The notes below the pieces were generated by a model. That model was not told where the DNA came from. It saw only the letters and a list, made by a program, of their open reading frames with translations, and made no database searches. From a bacterium (lineage in GTDB: Bacteria; Patescibacteriota; Saccharimonadia; CAILAD01; GCA-016700035): a stretch of 64,000 bases of DNA. Positions 39,415 through 49,083 of the stretch are shown here, piece after piece. Where the stretch lies: NCBI GenBank assembly GCA_016700035.1, contig CP064998.1, positions 199,021-263,020 on the forward strand, in the 5' to 3' direction. Both the position numbers and the translations under genes were made by a program. Positions within the stretch are counted from its first letter, which is position 1. Each line of letters begins with the position of its first letter.

Positions 39415-40500
39415 ATGACAAAAACACTCTCAATGGATCAGCTAATGGCTGAAGTAGAGGTTAAGGCCCCAGGTGTTGGGGATATTTTGGAAGGTACAGT
39501 ACTGAGCGTAGAAAAGCACGAAATATGGCTTGATCTTGGTGCATCGGGGACTGGTGTGGTGTTGGGTCGAGAGACTGAGTCGGCAGTACGAGCGCTCCAG
39601 CCTGGCGATACAATTTCAGCCTCTGTTTTGGATCCGGAAACAGATGAAGGTTATGTTGTGCTCAGTTTACGCAAGGTAGCAAAAGAAAAAGGTTGGGAAA
39701 CTCTAGAAGAGCGCATTAAGAGTGGTGAGACTTTTGGAGTTGTGCCATTTGATGCGAATCGGGGCGGTATGTTGATTGAGGTTGATGGAATCCGCGGATT
39801 TTTACCAGTTAGTCAGCTATCGGCAGAAAATTATCCACGAGTTTCTGGTGCTGATAAAGATGAAATTTTACAACGGCTTAATCATTTAGTTGGGCAAACC
39901 CTTATGGTGCGCGTCTTAGATCTTGACCGGAAGCAGAATAAGTTGATTGTGTCAGAAAAGGCTGCTCGTCGTGAAATGACTGAAGGTAAACTAGCTGATA
40001 TTGAAGTGAATAGTGAAGTTGATGGTATTGTAACTGGTATTGTGGATTTTGGCGTTTTTGTAAATGTTGATGGCGTGGAAGGTATGGTGCATATTTCTGA
40101 AATTGCCTGGGATCGAGTGGATAACCCAAGCAAATATGTGAAGGTTGGTGAGACTGTAAAGGCAAAGGTGATCGCAATTGATCAAGACAAGCTTTCGCTT
40201 TCTATGAAGCAACTCAGTGCCGATCCGTGGATTGAAGAGAGCAGTCGTTTCTCGGTTGGCGAGTCGGTAGATGGTACGATTAATCGCATTACCCCGTTTG
40301 GTGCTTTTGTCCAAATTACTCCTGTCATTGAGGCTTTGGTGCATATCTCAGAGCTTTCGGAAGATCATGTTGCTGACCCAAATGACCTAGTGAAGGTTGG
40401 CGAAAAGAAAACATTCCGTGTGATTGCAATTGATCCAGCTCAGCATAAGTTATCACTTTCTTTGAAGCCAGCTAAGGCCGACAAAAAGCAGGAGGATTAA
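39415..40500 (+). CDS. rpsA: 30S ribosomal protein S1 (short, 4 S1 domains)
   Basis: Repeated S1 OB-fold motifs. Start chosen at the ATG after the purine-rich RBS. The ORF could begin at 39373. Confidence 0.8.
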   Translation: MTKTLSMDQLMAEVEVKAPGVGDILEGTVLSVEKHEIWLDLGASGTGVVLGRETESAVRALQPGDTISASVLDPETDEGYVVLSLRKVAKEKGWETLEERIKSGETFGVVPFDANRGGMLIEVDGIRGFLPVSQLSAENYPRVSGADKDEILQRLNHLVGQTLMVRVLDLDRKQNKLIVSEKAARREMTEGKLADIEVNSEVDGIVTGIVDFGVFVNVDGVEGMVHISEIAWDRVDNPSKYVKVGETVKAKVIAIDQDKLSLSMKQLSADPWIEESSRFSVGESVDGTINRITPFGAFVQITPVIEALVHISELSEDHVADPNDLVKVGEKKTFRVIAIDPAQHKLSLSLKPAKADKKQED

Positions 40501-40505
40501 GCGAC

Positions 40506-40757
40506 ATGGGGCGACCCAAAGGCAACACATTACCCGAGCGAACGTGTCGGATGTGTCGAGGGCGTTTCCCAAAGAATCAATTAGAGCGCTGGGTGTTGCG
40601 TGGGTCGGAGCTGGTGCTTGACTTAAAACAGATAGAGTCAGGGCGAGGATGGTATAGTTGTAAGAAGCCAGCTTGTTCGAGAAAAATGCACGAAGTTGGT
40701 GCTCGGGTGGCTTTATCACGCCGCCACCGCAAACCCAAACAGGAGAAAACTACATGA
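40506..40757 (+). CDS. ylxR: YlxR/RnpM-family RNA-binding protein (DUF448)
   Basis: RTCRMCRGR...GRGWYSC motif. Located directly upstream of infB. Confidence 0.75.
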   Translation: MGRPKGNTLPERTCRMCRGRFPKNQLERWVLRGSELVLDLKQIESGRGWYSCKKPACSRKMHEVGARVALSRRHRKPKQEKTT

Positions 40758-42523
40758 CAGAAAATCCAGTTGAATTACGCAAGATAAGTATTCCTAAAAC
40801 TATTGCTGTACATGATTTAGCTTCTCGTCTGGAAGTTCCTGCTACAAAAGTAATTGGTGAGCTGATGCGTAATGGGGTGATGGCTACTATTAATGAGTCA
40901 ATTGATTTTGACACAGCAAGCATTATATCGGAGGAGTTTGATGTAGCAGTTGAGCTGGAGACTACAGTTGACGAGCGTCCAGTCCGTAGTGATGAGCCTG
41001 TCGGCAAGAAGAAGTCTCGTCCGCCGGTGGTGGCAGTTATGGGGCATGTGGATCATGGTAAAACCAGCGTGCTTGATGCAATTCGCGATACTGAAACTGC
41101 TACACGGGAAGCTGGCGGTATTACTCAGCATATTGGCGCCTATCAAGTACACCGCAAAGATCGAACACTGACTTTTTTAGATACGCCTGGGCATGAGGCA
41201 TTTTCAGCCATTCGAGCTCATGGCGTGCGGGCCACCGATGTGGTGGTGATTGTAATTGCTGCCGATGATGGCGTAAAGCCACAGACTCAGGAAGCTGTCA
41301 GGTTGGCTCAAGAGGCTGGGGTGGGTATTGTGGTTGCGATTAATAAAGTTGATAAGGCCGATGCTGATGTTGCACGAATTAAGCAACAGCTATCCGAAAT
41401 ACAGTTAATCCCTGATGATTGGGGTGGTGATACACCGTGTGTTGAGGTGTCGGCGAAGGCTAAAACAGGTTTAGAGGCATTACTTGATATGATTTTACTA
41501 GTCAGTGATATTCATAAGCCTGAGGCTACATATGATGGGCCAGCCCGCGGAGTTATTATTGAAAGTCATATGGAAACTGGTCGTGGCGCTACGGTAACTC
41601 TCCTGATTGAGCAGGGTACACTTAAACCCGGAGACTATGTTGTGGCTGGTAGTACGTATGGTAAGGTGCGGTCGCTTGATAATTATGCAGGTAAGCCGAT
41701 AAAACAGGCAACTCCATCTACTCCGGTTGTGGTGACTGGCTTCAAGGCTGTGCCTGCCTTTGGTGACTGGTTTGAGGTTGTTGAAAACGAGAAAGTGGCT
41801 AAGGATTGGCAGATTAAGCAGGCGCGTAAAAGTAGTATAAAAAGTGTTGCTAAGCCAAAATCGGTCAATGCTTCAGATTTGGCTCGGGCTGTGAGTCGTG
41901 GTGCTGTAAAAGAGTTAACTATTATTATAAAAGCCGATGCCCAAGGTTCGTTGGAGTCAATTACTCAGGCTCTGCATTTGATTGGTAATGAAGAAGTGCA
42001 GGTGAAGATTGCCGCCAGTGGCGTAGGGGCGATTACCGAAGGTGATATTCATACTGCTACTGCCACAGGGGCAATTATATTAGGTTTTCATACGACGATT
42101 TCGGGTGCTGTTAATCAACTAGCTAAGCGATCGGGTGTTACTTTTCAGCTTTATCAGGTTATCTATGACCTGCTGGATGATGTGCGGGAGTGGCTAACGG
42201 CGTTACTGGAGCCTGAAATAATAGAGACAGAAGTTGGCCGACTTAAGCTGTTGGCTGTATTTAAAACTACCAAAGACCATGTTATTTGTGGTGGTAAGGT
42301 TATTCAGGGTCAGGCTGAGGCTGGCGCATCAATTCAAATCATGCGAGAGGGTGAGCTATTGGGCACTACTAAGCTAGTTGAGCTTCAGAAGCAGATGCAG
42401 CCAGCGCAGACCGTTCTTGCCGATGAAGAGTGCGGGATGTCTGTTGAACGAGTTGAAATAGCGCCTGAAGTAGGGGATGAGTTTGTGTTTATTCGTCGCG
42501 AAGTACGCGAGCGGAGTCTTTAA
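40754..42523 (+). CDS. infB: Translation initiation factor IF-2 (short form)
   Basis: G1 AVMGHVDHGKTS, DTPGHEAF, NKVD. Start at the ATG after AGGAG, with a 4-nt overlap with ylxR. Confidence 0.9.
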   Translation: MTENPVELRKISIPKTIAVHDLASRLEVPATKVIGELMRNGVMATINESIDFDTASIISEEFDVAVELETTVDERPVRSDEPVGKKKSRPPVVAVMGHVDHGKTSVLDAIRDTETATREAGGITQHIGAYQVHRKDRTLTFLDTPGHEAFSAIRAHGVRATDVVVIVIAADDGVKPQTQEAVRLAQEAGVGIVVAINKVDKADADVARIKQQLSEIQLIPDDWGGDTPCVEVSAKAKTGLEALLDMILLVSDIHKPEATYDGPARGVIIESHMETGRGATVTLLIEQGTLKPGDYVVAGSTYGKVRSLDNYAGKPIKQATPSTPVVVTGFKAVPAFGDWFEVVENEKVAKDWQIKQARKSSIKSVAKPKSVNASDLARAVSRGAVKELTIIIKADAQGSLESITQALHLIGNEEVQVKIAASGVGAITEGDIHTATATGAIILGFHTTISGAVNQLAKRSGVTFQLYQVIYDLLDDVREWLTALLEPEIIETEVGRLKLLAVFKTTKDHVICGGKVIQGQAEAGASIQIMREGELLGTTKLVELQKQMQPAQTVLADEECGMSVERVEIAPEVGDEFVFIRREVRERSL

Positions 42524-42525
42524 GG

Positions 42526-42839
42526 TGTCGAGACGCGCCGATCAAGTTGGGCGCGAGCTGCATCGACACATGGCACTGACTCTAACAGAGGTATTGCATC
42601 AAGGGGCACGAGTCACTATTACTCGCGTGAAAGCCACAGACGACCTTAAAACTTTACGAGTTTGGGTGCAGGGCTGGAAAAATCTTGATGATCGCGCAAA
42701 AGCAACGATAGAGCATCGCCTTCGAGGTGCCATTCGTTCTAGCTCACAAACCAAATTTACACCTCGGTTAATTCTTTTAAATGATGATAGTGTTGATTAC
42801 GCTGAATATATTGATAAGCTCCTAAAAGAAGATAAATAG
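42526..42839 (+). CDS. rbfA: Ribosome-binding factor A
   Basis: RRADQVGRELHRHMA...TITRVKATDDLKTLRVWV. A GTG start is assumed. An in-frame ATG at 42477 would overlap infB. Confidence 0.7.
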
Positions 42840-42876
42840 GTTTGACGACTTGGTGAGGGAGGACTAAGATAGGCAT

Positions 42877-43236
42877 ATGAAGCGAGTATTGTTGGTTGAG
42901 GATAATGATTTCATCCGTAAGATGTATTTGATGAAGCTAGGCAAGTCTGAATCTATTGAGGTGCTAGAAGCGGCTGATGGGCCAGCAGCACTAGAAGTCT
43001 ATCAGGCACAGAAGCCAGATCTTATTCTTCTAGATATTATGATGCCAAAAATGAGCGGTATAGAAGTGCTGGAGGAATTACATAAGAGTGGCTCTAAGGT
43101 GCCAGTAATTATTCTCTCAAATGTGATGAGCTCTGAAACTAGAGAAGTTGCCACAAAGTATGGCGTGGTAGACTACATCATTAAAAGTGATCTCACTCCG
43201 TCGCAGGTGCTAGAGAAGATTGAAAAATATCTTTAA
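42877..43236 (+). CDS. Stand-alone response-regulator receiver domain protein (CheY-like)
   Basis: LLVEDND...DLILLDIMMPKMSG...K receiver motifs. No output domain. Confidence 0.8.
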   Translation: MKRVLLVEDNDFIRKMYLMKLGKSESIEVLEAADGPAALEVYQAQKPDLILLDIMMPKMSGIEVLEELHKSGSKVPVIILSNVMSSETREVATKYGVVDYIIKSDLTPSQVLEKIEKYL

Positions 43237-44180
43237 GCTAAGCGAATTTCACCGACATTGCATAGGTCGCGACCAGTAACTACCCTTTTCCCTGGTAGTT
43301 GAGCCTGTAGTATTTCGATACGGCCCTCCGAGAATTGCAGTAGTAAGTGTTTATTTTGGCAATACAGCTCTATTTTGCCAGTGGAAGTGTCGTGTATTTT
43401 TACCTGATGCAAAGAGAGTGTTTGTGGTTTATTACGTAGTAATATTGGTATGCGAACTCCTGGCCAACCAGAGTAAGCACGAACCAATCTTTCTAGCTGA
43501 ACGGCAGTCATAGTTTTGGGGGAGATATCACCATCTTGTTTTTTAATAAGTTTGGAGTAGCTAGGTTTTTGGCTCAAGTCTTGTGGGGTGGGGGTGATAG
43601 TGTGACTTAAGTATGCGCGTAGGGTTGGCACGAGGAGGTTTCGACTAGCTTTTAGAAGCTTTTCCCAAAGCTCTAATTTTTGGATATTTGCTGGTACGGT
43701 AAAGCTATCTTGAGCTAAAATTGGTCCAGCATCCATTTCTGGCGTGATGAGCATAATACTGGTGCCGACGGTTGTGTCGCCGGCAAGGATGGTGCTCTCT
43801 AAGGGGGATGGTCCACGGTGCAGGGGCAGGAGCGAGGGGTGAATATTAATAATGCCGTGCGGAAAAGTGTCCAGGGTTTCTAACGGTAGAATTTTACCAT
43901 AGGCAAATAGTACGCCAACATCAGGCTGGAGTTGTCGAATCTGTTTGGTGATTTCTGTAAGTTTTGTAGGAGTGAAGAAGGGTATTTTAGCTGCTTGAGC
44001 GAGCTGGGCCACTGGAGTGGTGCGCTGATGGGTGTGTGCATGCATTTTGCTTGATTGCGATACTACGCCAACTACGGTGATGTCTTTTTTTTGCAGTAAG
44101 TCTTGCAAGATAAGGGCGCTCGATTGACCGGAGCCAAAGAATATTATTCGAGTTTTAGTGTTGGTGGTGGTTTTGAGCAT
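43233..44180 (-). CDS. fmt: Methionyl-tRNA formyltransferase
   Basis: RIIFFGSG N-terminus. HPSLLPLHRGPSP catalytic motif. Downstream of def in the same operon. The ORF may start at 44204. Confidence 0.85.
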   Translation of the reverse strand: MLKTTTNTKTRIIFFGSGQSSALILQDLLQKKDITVVGVVSQSSKMHAHTHQRTTPVAQLAQAAKIPFFTPTKLTEITKQIRQLQPDVGVLFAYGKILPLETLDTFPHGIINIHPSLLPLHRGPSPLESTILAGDTTVGTSIMLITPEMDAGPILAQDSFTVPANIQKLELWEKLLKASRNLLVPTLRAYLSHTITPTPQDLSQKPSYSKLIKKQDGDISPKTMTAVQLERLVRAYSGWPGVRIPILLRNKPQTLSLHQVKIHDTSTGKIELYCQNKHLLLQFSEGRIEILQAQLPGKRVVTGRDLCNVGEIRLA

Positions 44181-44724
44181 CAATAATTTCCTGCGGAATT
44201 TCATCTACGCTAATCAGCTGTCCGTCGTCATCGAGCTTTAATAGGGTAGAAGCATCTTTTATGATATCTATAAAGAGCTTGCCGTGCATGTGATCTATCT
44301 CGTGTTGAAAGACTCGAGCTGGGAAACCCTCCAGAGTCAGGCGTACCTCTTCACCTTCAAGTGTTAGGGCCTTTACTTTTATTTTATTAGCCCGAGGAAT
44401 CTTTGCATAGTAGCCAGGCACACTGAGACAGCCTTCAACATCGACGACAAAATCTCGGCTTTTTTGGACAATTTCGGGGTTAATAAAAGTTAGAAAAGTC
44501 TGGTCTTTGCCGTCTTCAAAGTTATTACGTACAACTGTTAATTTTATAGTTTCACCAATTTGAATGGCTGCTAGGGCGGCCCCGTATTCGCTGTCATGAT
44601 CCCAATCTAGTGTTGTATCAATCATGTCCTGAGCTAGTTTCTCAACCTTTGGAGTGACGCGCGTGATACGGAGTGATTTTTGGCGCAATCGCTGGTCGGG
44701 AATCGTGACAAGTTTTCTAATCAT
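44155..44724 (-). CDS. def: Peptide deformylase
   Basis: Motifs GAALAAIQIG, EGCLSVPG, HEIDHMHG. Confidence 0.9.
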   Translation of the reverse strand: MIRKLVTIPDQRLRQKSLRITRVTPKVEKLAQDMIDTTLDWDHDSEYGAALAAIQIGETIKLTVVRNNFEDGKDQTFLTFINPEIVQKSRDFVVDVEGCLSVPGYYAKIPRANKIKVKALTLEGEEVRLTLEGFPARVFQHEIDHMHGKLFIDIIKDASTLLKLDDDGQLISVDEIPQEIIDAQNHHQH

Positions 44725-44736
44725 TATATTATTACA

Positions 44737-46698
44737 TCAGAAAATCGAAATAGGGTCAATATCGTAGGATGTATTTCGAGGCAGGAGATGCGCTATTTGA
44801 GTGAGTTTTGTGCGGTGACTAGATTTACAGATAATATGGGCGATATAACCCTGACTGGTACGGGCATGATTTGGGGTGGCTGGCCCGAGGGTAGTAATAT
44901 TTGGTGGGAGAGAGGCTGTTTTGAGCCAATCTTTGGCTAAAGACTGAGCTATCTCTGGTGATTTACCGAAGAAATTAATCCGTGCTAGATATTGATACGG
45001 TGGATAGCCAAAGTTATGTCGTCGCTTTAGTTCTTCGGCTGTAAAGGCACTCCAGTTGTGGGACCGAATATGGTCCCACAGTGGATTATCAGATTGTTTG
45101 GTTTGAATGATGACCTCTCCCGAGAGCTCACCCCGCCCCGCCCGTCCAGCAGCTTGCATAATAAGAGCCACACCGCGTTCGCGACTTTGATAATCGTCAC
45201 CAAACAGCAATTCATCGCCTGCTACAATCCCAACCAGCGTGACGCGTGGAAAATCCAGACCCTTGGCAATCATTTGTGTGCCAATTAGAATATCAATTTT
45301 GCCTTGCTCGGCATCTGTTAGGATCTCTTTGAGCGGTACTTGGCTAGATAGATCGCGATCGATGCGTGCAAGTGTAGCTTGAGGGAAATATTTTTTTACT
45401 TCCTCTACGAGTTGCTTGGTACCAAAGCCATGAAAGCGTAGGTTGCTGCCCTTACAGGTAGGGCAAATACTGGGTGGGAATTGGTTAAAATTACAGATAT
45501 GGCAGATGAGTCTGGCTTGGTCGGCATGAAAGACCAGGCTAGTATCGCAACGTGGACAGCTAATTGTGTTACCGCAGTCATCACAGCTAAAGCGACGGGC
45601 TGAGCCACGTTTATTGTGTAGTAGGAGGGATTGTTCACCGCGTCGCATGCGTTGTCGAAGGGCTTTGATGAGCGCTGGTGAGAGCGGATCGTAGAGCCCT
45701 TTCATGTCGGTAATTTCAATACTAGGTAGTGAACGCCCGGCGTGTCTCTCGGTGAGCTCCACAGCTTTTAGTCGGTCGAGTTGGCTTAAGTGGGTCATCA
45801 CGATATTGTGTGTGGCGCTACCCAGGACTAACTTAGAATGAGTTAGTCTAGCCAGTTTAGCGGCCACTTCACGAGCTTGGTAGCGTGGTAGGTTTTCCTG
45901 CTTATAGCTTGTATCATGAGCTTCATCAATAATAATTAGCCCCAGATTATTAATCGGTAAAAATAGACTAGATCGAGGACCTAGATATAGTTTAGGCTCC
46001 AAACTTTTTAGGCAGTCCAGCCAGATATTACGGCGCTGAACTGCTGATAGGCCGGAATGGGTAATAACCATATTGTCTGCAAAAGATTGGGTGAGTCGCT
46101 TTTCAAGCTGTTGAGTCAAAAAAATCTCAGGCGAAAGATAGAGGACTGATTTATTTTGACTCAAATAATGATGAATCAGTTGTTCATAGATATGAGTTTT
46201 GCCTGACCCAGTCACACCACTGAGGAGGACTGGCTGATTGGCTTGAAGTATTTCATTTAATACGGTGTTTTGCTGCTGTGATAACGATATATGATGCGGC
46301 GTTGAGGTGTGTTTGGGCGGGGTATTAAGATTATTTTGCCGACGACGAGCTAAGAGACCGCTTGGTAGAATTGCGCCCCAAACGGCATAGTTGGTGGCGA
46401 CGTAATAAGTTTTCAACCATTGGGCAATATCTAGTATGTGTTGGGGTAGTATGATGTCATCTAGGACTCCGTCAATTGACTTAATTTTAGGCAGTAAATA
46501 TTTTGGAGGCTGTGTCTTGGCTAGAATTATGCCTAGGCTCTTTTGTCGACCAAACGATAAATTGACCAGTTGACCTGGCTGAAGTGTTTTGGTCGATTGG
46601 TGGGCATAGGTAAAGGTTTTATTGTCGAGCTGCCCGTAGGTCACCACATCAATCTCATAATAGTATGGATGTTCAGTCATATGCTTTCTATAGTACAC
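44737..46698 (-). CDS. priA: Primosomal protein N' (replication restart helicase PriA)
   Basis: Walker A GVTGSGKT. DEAH box (IIDEAHD). Cys4 zinc-binding insertion (CDDCG...CPRC). Confidence 0.85.
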   Translation of the reverse strand: MYYRKHMTEHPYYYEIDVVTYGQLDNKTFTYAHQSTKTLQPGQLVNLSFGRQKSLGIILAKTQPPKYLLPKIKSIDGVLDDIILPQHILDIAQWLKTYYVATNYAVWGAILPSGLLARRRQNNLNTPPKHTSTPHHISLSQQQNTVLNEILQANQPVLLSGVTGSGKTHIYEQLIHHYLSQNKSVLYLSPEIFLTQQLEKRLTQSFADNMVITHSGLSAVQRRNIWLDCLKSLEPKLYLGPRSSLFLPINNLGLIIIDEAHDTSYKQENLPRYQAREVAAKLARLTHSKLVLGSATHNIVMTHLSQLDRLKAVELTERHAGRSLPSIEITDMKGLYDPLSPALIKALRQRMRRGEQSLLLHNKRGSARRFSCDDCGNTISCPRCDTSLVFHADQARLICHICNFNQFPPSICPTCKGSNLRFHGFGTKQLVEEVKKYFPQATLARIDRDLSSQVPLKEILTDAEQGKIDILIGTQMIAKGLDFPRVTLVGIVAGDELLFGDDYQSRERGVALIMQAAGRAGRGELSGEVIIQTKQSDNPLWDHIRSHNWSAFTAEELKRRHNFGYPPYQYLARINFFGKSPEIAQSLAKDWLKTASLPPNITTLGPATPNHARTSQGYIAHIICKSSHRTKLTQIAHLLPRNTSYDIDPISIF

Positions 46699-46765
46699 CC
46701 TTATCTTGGTTGCAGTGCTAAAGGTCGCCAGGTATGATAGGTAGAGTTAGCGCATTACACTTTTT

Positions 46766-48130
46766 GTGTCTGCCTTATCAATGCTGAAAGTTATGGATAA
46801 AAAATTACGACGACGATTATATTTGGTGATTATTGCTGTGGTGATAGCGATGATTATTATTTTACCTCGCGAGGATCGAGTTCTGCGTGCTGTGGGTATT
46901 AATTTTGGTAATCCTCAAGTCAAGCTAGGTTTAGACCTGCTTGGTGGTACCAGTCTAACTTATGAGGCTCAGCTAAAAGATACACCAGCTGGCGATCGAA
47001 CCAAGGCAATGGAAGGTGTTATCAATGTTATTACGAAGCGAGTTAATCCAGCTGGTACTAGTGAGGTGGTCGTTCAACAATCTGGTGAAAATCGGGTAGT
47101 TGTACAACTACCTGGTGTGACCGATGCCAAGGCGGCGGCCGATCAGATTGGCCGGACGGCTACATTAAGTTTTTATAAAGTCAATCCAGACAGTGAAGTT
47201 CCCACGCCGACAGAGCTTTCGGGTAAAGATTTAGAAAGTGCTACTGCGCAAATTGACCCCCAAACCGGTCAGCCGATTATCTCTTTTAGAATGCAAGGTG
47301 GAGAAGCGACCGATAAATTTGCTAAATTAACACGTGAGATTAATGAAACAGAGGGAGCTCGTTTGGCTATTGTGCTAGACAATGAGGTACTGTTTAATGG
47401 AGGTGTTTCCACTCCAATTCTTGATGGACAAGGACAAATGACAGGGTTTGAAAGTGTTCAAACTGCTCAGCAGACAGCTGTTCTGCTGAATGCCGGAGCG
47501 CTACCAGTGCCAGTTGAGTTAGTAAGCCAGCGTACAATTGGTGCAACTTTAGGTACGGAATCAATTTCGCGCTCGATTATAGCTGGTGCTATTGGTATAT
47601 TGGCGGTAGTAATTTTTATGGTGATGAGCTATCGCTGGGCTGGTGTACTGGCTTCATTAGCCCTGATATTGTACGTAATTTTTAACGTTGCACTATTTAA
47701 GATTTCCAGCATTACACCTTGGCCAATTGTCTTAACTCTTGCTGGTATTGCTGGGTTTGTTCTATCTGTAGGAATGGCGGTAGATGCTAATATCTTGATT
47801 TTCGAACGTATGAAAGAAGAGTTACGCTCAGGTAAGTCGGTTAAAGCCTCGTTAGATACTGGGTTTGCTCGAGCCTGGAGCTCAATTCGCGACTCCAATA
47901 CATCCACTTTGATTACCTGTTTTATTCTGTATAGTTTTGGCGCTACAATTATTAAAGGTTTTGCAATTACACTTGCGGTTGGTGTAGTGATTTCGATGCT
48001 GACAGCCATTTCAGTTTCGCGGACTTTATTAGGACTATTTGTACGGACTAAGTTTGGTCAAAACCCACAGCGATATAGCGGAGTTAAGCTACCTTTGCCA
48101 CAGCAGAAATCTGCGGAGATATCGAAATGA
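46766..48130 (+). CDS. secD: Protein translocase subunit SecD
   Basis: N-terminal TM helix, periplasmic domain and 5 C-terminal TM helices. Followed by secF with a 4-nt overlap. Confidence 0.85.
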   Translation: MSALSMLKVMDKKLRRRLYLVIIAVVIAMIIILPREDRVLRAVGINFGNPQVKLGLDLLGGTSLTYEAQLKDTPAGDRTKAMEGVINVITKRVNPAGTSEVVVQQSGENRVVVQLPGVTDAKAAADQIGRTATLSFYKVNPDSEVPTPTELSGKDLESATAQIDPQTGQPIISFRMQGGEATDKFAKLTREINETEGARLAIVLDNEVLFNGGVSTPILDGQGQMTGFESVQTAQQTAVLLNAGALPVPVELVSQRTIGATLGTESISRSIIAGAIGILAVVIFMVMSYRWAGVLASLALILYVIFNVALFKISSITPWPIVLTLAGIAGFVLSVGMAVDANILIFERMKEELRSGKSVKASLDTGFARAWSSIRDSNTSTLITCFILYSFGATIIKGFAITLAVGVVISMLTAISVSRTLLGLFVRTKFGQNPQRYSGVKLPLPQQKSAEISK

Positions 48131-49059
48131 ATATAGTTGGTCGACGTAAGCTCTGGTTTGCAATTTCGATAATTATCATTTTACCAGGGATTATCGCACT
48201 TGCTCTGTGGGGCCTTAAGCCAGGCATTGATTTTGCTGGTGGACAAGTGATGGAAGTTGGCAAAGTTGTTGATGTTGAAAAAGTTAAGCCAATTTTTGAA
48301 GCTGCTGGCGCGCGCGATATATCAACCACCACGACTGGCGCAGGGACAATTTTGGTGCGCTACCGTGATGCTGAAGGTAAGTCTTCAGCCGACAGTAATG
48401 AGGAGATTAAGCAGGCGCTGATTGGTATCGGTGCCGAACAGGTAAGCTATGAGTCGGTTGGGCCAGCCGTTAGTCGAGATATTACCCGCAATGCAGTTAT
48501 ATCTGTAGCTTTGGCGGCATTGGCGATAGTTGTCTTTTTAGCAATCTCTTTCCGCAATACACCACCGCCTGTTAGTCCCTGGAGTTTTGGCATAACAGCA
48601 GTAATTGCACTTTTGCATGACACAATTGCACTGCTTGGTATATTTGCTATTCTCGGGCATTTTTACCAGGTAGAGATTGATTCATTATTTATCACAGCGG
48701 TACTAACCACAATTGGTTTTTCGGTGCATGACACGATTGTTGTTTTTGATCGTATTCGTGAAAATCTTAAACGCTACACTCATTCTTTTGAGATTATAGT
48801 AAATGACAGTATTGTTGAGACGGTTGCACGGTCACTATCGACGAGTATTACGGTGCTATTCACATTATTGGCGCTACTAATATTTGGCGGTGAAACCATT
48901 CGGCTATTTGTTCTAGCCCTTTTACTAGGAGTACTATTGGGAACCTATTCCTCTATTCTAAATGCTGCACCCATGTTAGTAGTTTGGAATAACTATAAGG
49001 TAAAGCGCCAGGCCAAGAAGAAGCTAGCACCAGCCAAGCCAAAGCTTAAGAAAGCTTAA
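48127..49059 (+). CDS. secF: Protein translocase subunit SecF
   Basis: SecF topology and motifs (FAGGQ, DTIVVFDRIRE). Confidence 0.85.
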   Translation: MNIVGRRKLWFAISIIIILPGIIALALWGLKPGIDFAGGQVMEVGKVVDVEKVKPIFEAAGARDISTTTTGAGTILVRYRDAEGKSSADSNEEIKQALIGIGAEQVSYESVGPAVSRDITRNAVISVALAALAIVVFLAISFRNTPPPVSPWSFGITAVIALLHDTIALLGIFAILGHFYQVEIDSLFITAVLTTIGFSVHDTIVVFDRIRENLKRYTHSFEIIVNDSIVETVARSLSTSITVLFTLLALLIFGGETIRLFVLALLLGVLLGTYSSILNAAPMLVVWNNYKVKRQAKKKLAPAKPKLKKA

Positions 49060-49083
49060 TTCCTATCATATTTTCATGAAGTT

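Noticed and set aside
40673-40753. Upstream extension of infB (ORF starting 40673)
   Set aside because: It would overlap ylxR by 85 nt. The ATG at 40754 is preceded by AGGAG and gives a typical IF-2 N-terminus.
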